In this document: positions 27,881-32,000 of the stretch, in pieces
Layout of the letters: each line of letters opens with the position of its first letter
How positions within the stretch are numbered: the first letter of the stretch is position 1
Source: Chryseolinea sp.
Lineage (GTDB): Bacteria > Bacteroidota > Bacteroidia > Cytophagales > Cyclobacteriaceae
DNA length: 32,000 bases
Assembly (NCBI GenBank): GCA_043775455.1
Contig: JAYVSJ010000137.1
Coordinates: forward strand, 12,317 to 44,316
Direction of reading: 5' to 3'
The notes under the pieces: generated by a model
What the model was told of the DNA's origin: nothing
What the model saw: only the letters and a program-made list of their open reading frames with translations
Databases searched by the model: none
Program-made: the position numbers and the translations under genes

Positions 27881-28588
27881 TTAAGCCATTACTAAATCTA
27901 CTTCCACAATTTTTCCATCCGAAATGGAAATGGTATTTTCAAAATATTCCGCAAACTCTCTTTCGTGGGTTACCACGATAACCGTCTTACCCGCTTTGGT
28001 GAGTTTGGCAAAGAGTTGAAAAATGGATGTTGCTGTTTGTGAATCCAGATTACCCGTTGGTTCATCTGCTACAAGCAATGGAGGATCGTTAGCTAATGCA
28101 CGCGCTATAGCAGCACGTTGCTGTTGCCCTCCCGATAATGCCGATGGAAATTTATCTGCTTGTTCTTTAATGTTTACAAGTTCGAGGAGTGCAAGTGCAC
28201 TTTCCTTTCTTTCCTTTTTAGGATAACTATTGCAGAAATCCATCGGTAACATTACGTTCTCAATAATAGTAAGCGTGGGGAGTAACTGAAAAAACTGAAA
28301 TACAACGCCAATATTTTTGCCCCTCCACGAAGCGAGTTCGCTTTCAGAAAGTTTATCGACACGTACATCATTAATGGAAACGCTGCCTTCTGTTGGTTTG
28401 TCAATACCGGTAATGATATTGAGTAAGGTAGATTTTCCGCTTCCTGATTTTCCGGTTATGGAAACGAGCTGGCCTTTTTGAATGGTTAGATTAACATCTT
28501 TCAAGGCATGAAATACTCCCGAAGCCAACGGGAATGATTTGGACACCTGACTTAATTGGATTAGATTTTTCTTTTGCATCTGGTTCAT
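27881..28588 (-). CDS. ABC transporter ATP-binding protein (MacB/LolD-like)
   Basis: 235 aa. Walker A GKSGSGKST, signature LSGGQQQRAAIARAL, Walker B LLVADEPTGNLD, H-loop VTHE. Confidence 0.95.
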   Translation of the reverse strand: MNQMQKKNLIQLSQVSKSFPLASGVFHALKDVNLTIQKGQLVSITGKSGSGKSTLLNIITGIDKPTEGSVSINDVRVDKLSESELASWRGKNIGVVFQFFQLLPTLTIIENVMLPMDFCNSYPKKERKESALALLELVNIKEQADKFPSALSGGQQQRAAIARALANDPPLLVADEPTGNLDSQTATSIFQLFAKLTKAGKTVIVVTHEREFAEYFENTISISDGKIVEVDLVMA

Positions 28589-28656
28589 ATTGTTTTTTGA
28601 TGCAATATTAGAGAGCCAATGCAGGCGAATCGCCTTAAAGTATCCTTGTGGACGTC

Positions 28657-29787
28657 CTACTGCGTACTATTTTTGCGGTACTCAGTAGGAGTCAATCCTG
28701 TGAAGCGCTTGAAAATTAAATTAAACGTGGATTTGGATTTAAAACCTGCTTCAAGTGCCAATCCCAACATATTGTAATGTTGAACCTTGGGGTCACTCAT
28801 CAATTTTTTGACTTGCTCCACTCTATACTTATTAATGAAATTATAGAAGTTATCGCCAACACCATCATTGATAACATGTGAAAGTTGATTTCGGCTTATG
28901 CCCAAATCGTTTGCCATTCCCGTCAAGGTAAGTTCAGCGTTGAGATACGGTTTCTTGTCTTCCATGAAAGTGATCAGCATCGTAATGAGGTCTTGTTCTT
29001 TTTTCTTATCTACCATTGATACTAATGGAGCAGGCTCATCGATTGCATTTTCGAAAAGGCTATTCTCAAAAATTTCTTTTTGCAAAATTCCTTTATATCC
29101 CAATGCAAAAACGGAAAGTGAAAATACAACGGCAATGATTTTATGTGGCCACATAAAATCCTCTAAGTGAATTGCGGCAAAGAGACTGAACAGAAAGAAG
29201 AAATTAATAAACAGAAAAATAGCCATAAAGAACTTTACCCATGAGATATTAACATCTTCTGTATTGGATACTTCCTGTTCCATCAACGTTTGATAAGCCA
29301 ACCATTTTCGATGAATGAAAAACTGGTAACAAGAAAACTGAACTAACACAGCAATCCAAAAAAACACATCTACTTGTCTGTTGTGGTTATTGAATAGAGA
29401 AGTAAATACATTCTCAGAAATGATGAACTTAGACAAGAGTGAGAAGCAAATAATGACGATAAAAGGGATGAAGTTAGTTGCAGACTTTACAGTGAAACTG
29501 ATTTTATTTCCCGTCAATTCATTGATATAAAACCACAATAGCGGGGCAATCAGAAAAAAAGTGGGATCACCAATGGAATGGACATGGATGGAGAAATGAT
29601 TCAATACCCTACCCGCGTATTGGATATGAAAAATGCTGAACGACAAAGCAATTAATAAAATGGAGAGAAAGAGATTCGCACGACTTTTTCTTACTCCACC
29701 ATTATTGAGAAGCAATGCCACGAATAAACCCTGTAAAATTCCACCATATACGATGATGAGAAAGAGTTGATCTAAGAATTCATTCAC
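28657..29787 (-). CDS. Membrane-anchored AraC/XylS family transcriptional regulator
   Basis: 376 aa. The N-terminal ~230 aa holds about 6-7 hydrophobic TM segments. The C-terminal AraC HTH has LTLTGMANDLGISRNQLSHVIN and GFKSKSTFNLIFKRFTGLTPTEYRK. Confidence 0.85.
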   Translation of the reverse strand: MNEFLDQLFLIIVYGGILQGLFVALLLNNGGVRKSRANLFLSILLIALSFSIFHIQYAGRVLNHFSIHVHSIGDPTFFLIAPLLWFYINELTGNKISFTVKSATNFIPFIVIICFSLLSKFIISENVFTSLFNNHNRQVDVFFWIAVLVQFSCYQFFIHRKWLAYQTLMEQEVSNTEDVNISWVKFFMAIFLFINFFFLFSLFAAIHLEDFMWPHKIIAVVFSLSVFALGYKGILQKEIFENSLFENAIDEPAPLVSMVDKKKEQDLITMLITFMEDKKPYLNAELTLTGMANDLGISRNQLSHVINDGVGDNFYNFINKYRVEQVKKLMSDPKVQHYNMLGLALEAGFKSKSTFNLIFKRFTGLTPTEYRKNSTQ

Positions 29788-29908
29788 GTTATGTATTTTA
29801 TTTACAAGGATTGTGCCGATGCACTTCAGGTATAAACCTACACGTAAATATCTAAATAGTCGTCCACAAGGATGCTTATGGACGGATTATTCAACAAAAT
29901 AACATACG

Positions 29909-29940
29909 GGATTATAGTGAACCTCACTTTGCTATAATCC
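29909..29940 (-). terminator. Hairpin downstream of msrA (possible terminator)
   Basis: 9-bp stem ggattatag (29909-29917) / ctataatcc (29932-29940) with a 14-nt loop, about 70 nt after the msrA stop. On the minus strand it is followed by the T-rich cgtatgttattttgtt. Confidence 0.35.
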
Positions 29941-30009
29941 AGAATGCTTATGTCAATGCTAAATGGTTTTATTCCCCCTGAAATTCACAACGCTTATAAA
30001 CGGTAGGTG

Positions 30010-30660
30010 TTATTTCAACTTGCCCGTATAGGTTCTTTTAAATTGTTCAAATCGAGGAATTGAAACTCCCTGCACATAACCACTCTCTGGATGATATTCA
30101 ATGTAATCCTGATGATATCCTTCAGCTTTGTAGAATGCATCCAGTCTCTTTATTTCAGAAACGATTTTCCTCTTAAACATGCCTGAAGCAGAGAATTCAT
30201 TGATTGATCTCTTCGCAACCGCTTCTTCTTCTGATGTTAGATAAAATAATATGGAGCGATAAGACGAACCACGATCTGGGCCTTGTTGATTTAGTGTGGT
30301 CGGATCATGAGAAGTAATGAATACTTTTGCCAACTCAGCATAACTAATCACTTTCGGATTGTAATATACCAATACCGTCTCAGCATGACCAGTCGTTTCT
30401 GTATTGACACTTTCGTACGTTGGATAGCTCGTTGTGCCTCCCGCATAACCAGACACAGCAGAATCAACACCTACAACAGCTTCGAAAATATGTTCTGAAC
30501 ACCAGAAACATCCTTCCGCGAAAGCGGCAATGGCTTTATCTTTTGGCGCCACCAGGTTAACCTTTATGATCTCATTGTTAATCTTTGGTTTTTGTGCCTG
30601 GCATGACGCTGATAAAACAAGAATAATTACAATTGATAAATAGGAACTGACTTTTTTCAT
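30010..30660 (-). CDS. msrA: Peptide methionine (S)-sulfoxide reductase, exported/lipoprotein form
   Basis: 216 aa. Signal peptide with LSASC. Catalytic motif FAEGCFWCSE. Family segments GHAETVLVYYNP and YHQDY. Confidence 0.95.
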   Translation of the reverse strand: MKKVSSYLSIVIILVLSASCQAQKPKINNEIIKVNLVAPKDKAIAAFAEGCFWCSEHIFEAVVGVDSAVSGYAGGTTSYPTYESVNTETTGHAETVLVYYNPKVISYAELAKVFITSHDPTTLNQQGPDRGSSYRSILFYLTSEEEAVAKRSINEFSASGMFKRKIVSEIKRLDAFYKAEGYHQDYIEYHPESGYVQGVSIPRFEQFKRTYTGKLK

Positions 30661-30831
30661 GATCGTTAATTTTTTAAAGACTTAAGTTTAACAAAGCTAA
30701 CGGGTAAATGGCTTCCACAGCTATGCATTAAAAGTCTCGTACATGACACTCTCTGCAATTTCATTCTAAAATCGACCAGATAAATTACGTGCACTCAAAA
30801 AAACTCAACCCGTCAGAGCGCGCTCTTGAAT

Positions 30832-31218
30832 CTATTGCGGAATAGAGTGAAAAGCAATTCGATTCCCTTCTGTGTCGTGTATCATCGCCATGAATCCATA
30901 CTCGGGTGAAATCTGGGTTTTCGGAACCAGTATTTTACCTCCAGCATTTTCTACTTTATCTAAAATATTTTGAACATCTGGGTTAGCGTTAAAATAAATC
31001 AGTGAGCCATCTGTTAACGATGGCTTATAAAAGTCGACATTATAAACTAGTGAACCCCCAACGCCCATCGGATCTTCGGTTGGGAACATTCGCATTTTAA
31101 GATTGGGTGTATCAAGAGGTGTAAGCGTTACACCCAGAATTGCTTCGTAAAATTTTTGCGCTCGATCCAAATCGATGGTTGGTATTTCAAACCAGCTGAT
31201 TGCATTTCTCTGTACCAT
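30832..31218 (-). CDS. VOC (glyoxalase/bleomycin-resistance/dioxygenase) family protein
   Basis: 128 aa. N-terminal ISWFEIPTIDLDRAQKFYEAILG and C-terminal HDTEGNRIAFHS are typical of single-domain VOC proteins. Confidence 0.8.
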   Translation of the reverse strand: MVQRNAISWFEIPTIDLDRAQKFYEAILGVTLTPLDTPNLKMRMFPTEDPMGVGGSLVYNVDFYKPSLTDGSLIYFNANPDVQNILDKVENAGGKILVPKTQISPEYGFMAMIHDTEGNRIAFHSIPQ

Positions 31219-31634
31219 ACATTTTGAAATTTGGTGGATACGAATTTTGAAAGATCAATCCACAATAACAACTAATAATTGTTAAATGTTTTTAATACTT
31301 GTATTACCGAAGTGAATAGAAATTCAGAATTCTTTGATACAAACCCACTGGTGTTCGGCTTTATGATGGCGACCATTTCAAATTTTTAGTGACATCCTTC
31401 TAAAGTTCTTCCCAATAGGAATAATAAACTTTTTCGCATCAAAAAAATATTGACCATATTATTTGGCTTAAACACGCAACTTTTCTTGATGGTCCAATTT
31501 CTTTAATGAACAGTACAATATTCCTGCTCGGATGATTGAATTGAAAGGGTCAAAATTTAATAGATCGCAATAAGAATTTTTTACGGCATCTTGAATTAAA
31601 TATATTTGCATCCAAATTCACTTAAATCAAGAAG

Positions 31635-32000
31635 ATGACAACAGAACAGTTGAAAGACTTGAAGGCCCGCACCTCCGCCTTGAGGAGGTATCTTTGACTA
31701 TGATCGTAAGTGCCTCGAAATAACAGACGAAGAAAACATTACCCATCAGGCTGATTTTTGGAATAGTCCTAAGCAAGCAGAAATTATTTTAAAAAACATT
31801 CGCACTAAAAAAGTGTGGACCGATGCGTTCGACAAGGTCAACAAATTGTTGGACGATCTGGACGTGCTCAATGAGTTCCATGAAGCGGGTGATGTAGGTG
31901 AAGATGAGCTTGATCGCGACTACGAGACAACAGCCAAGGCTATCGAAGAACTTGAATTCAAAAAGATGCTAAGTCAGGAGGAAGACCAACTTAGTGCCGT
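31635..32000 (+). CDS. prfB: Peptide chain release factor 2, 5' part; join(31635..31694, 31696..>32000) via programmed +1 frameshift
   Basis: Frame 0 reads MTTEQLKDLKARTSALRRYL and then TGA (31695-31697). The +1 frame continues as DYDRKCLEITDEENITHQADFWNSPKQAEIILKNIRTKKVWTDAF, which matches the RF2 N-terminal domain. The frame runs off the window end. Confidence 0.9.
31683..31698 (+). promoter_or_regulatory. prfB +1 frameshift cassette: SD-like AGGAGG, TAT spacer, CTT TGA C slippery/stop site
   Basis: AGGAGG (31683-31688), TAT, CTT (31692-31694), TGA (31695-31697), C (31698). This is the same architecture as the classical enterobacterial AGGGGG TAT CTT TGA C site. Confidence 0.85.

Noticed and set aside
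30815-30826. A perfect GC-rich 12-bp palindrome AGAGCGCGCTCT just after the VOC gene stop and about 155 bp upstream of msrA.
   Set aside because: As a hairpin it leaves only a 4-bp stem, so it is not a credible terminator. It is a single occurrence with no second copy, so there is no basis for calling it an operator.
1-32000. A search for CRISPR arrays, toxin-antitoxin pairs, restriction-modification genes, nuclease/ATPase defence genes, phage genes and intact IS elements.
   Set aside because: I found none. There are no regularly spaced direct repeats, no transposase or integrase-length ORF, and every ORF over 120 aa has a plausible housekeeping, transport or regulatory assignment.

Overview
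This is an AT-rich chromosomal segment that looks Bacteroidota-like. Starts lack Shine-Dalgarno motifs, and the window carries PepSY-like, DUF2141 and membrane-anchored AraC families plus a TolC-MFP-RND layout. I support 25 protein genes, mostly on the minus strand, and one tRNA. Left to right they are: a secreted LRR protein; a tRNA-Arg(CCG) locus with a decayed second tRNA copy and gene fragments; an S41 C-terminal processing peptidase; nadB-nadA; GNAT; a SnoaL-like lipoprotein; a Kelch propeller; a Tat-signal M24 peptidase; a 1005-aa kinase/M23/class-III aminotransferase fusion; an AlkD-like repair protein; an 8-gene co-directional block (OmpR-type RR, HK, PepSY-like, PAP2 phosphatase, YncE-like propeller, TolC, MFP, RND); a second block (membrane AraC regulator, ABC ATPase, tandem-FtsX permease, DUF2141); msrA; a VOC protein; and the 5' part of prfB with its programmed +1 frameshift, which the ATG-ORF track misses. 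I see no CRISPR array, no intact transposase or integrase, and no recognisable defence genes. The least ordinary signal is a set of three same-orientation intergenic copies of a ~90-bp palindromic element. They share a ~50-nt core and show compensatory substitutions in both stems. I cannot assign them to any family I know. All functional calls come from motif recognition by eye, because no database search was possible.
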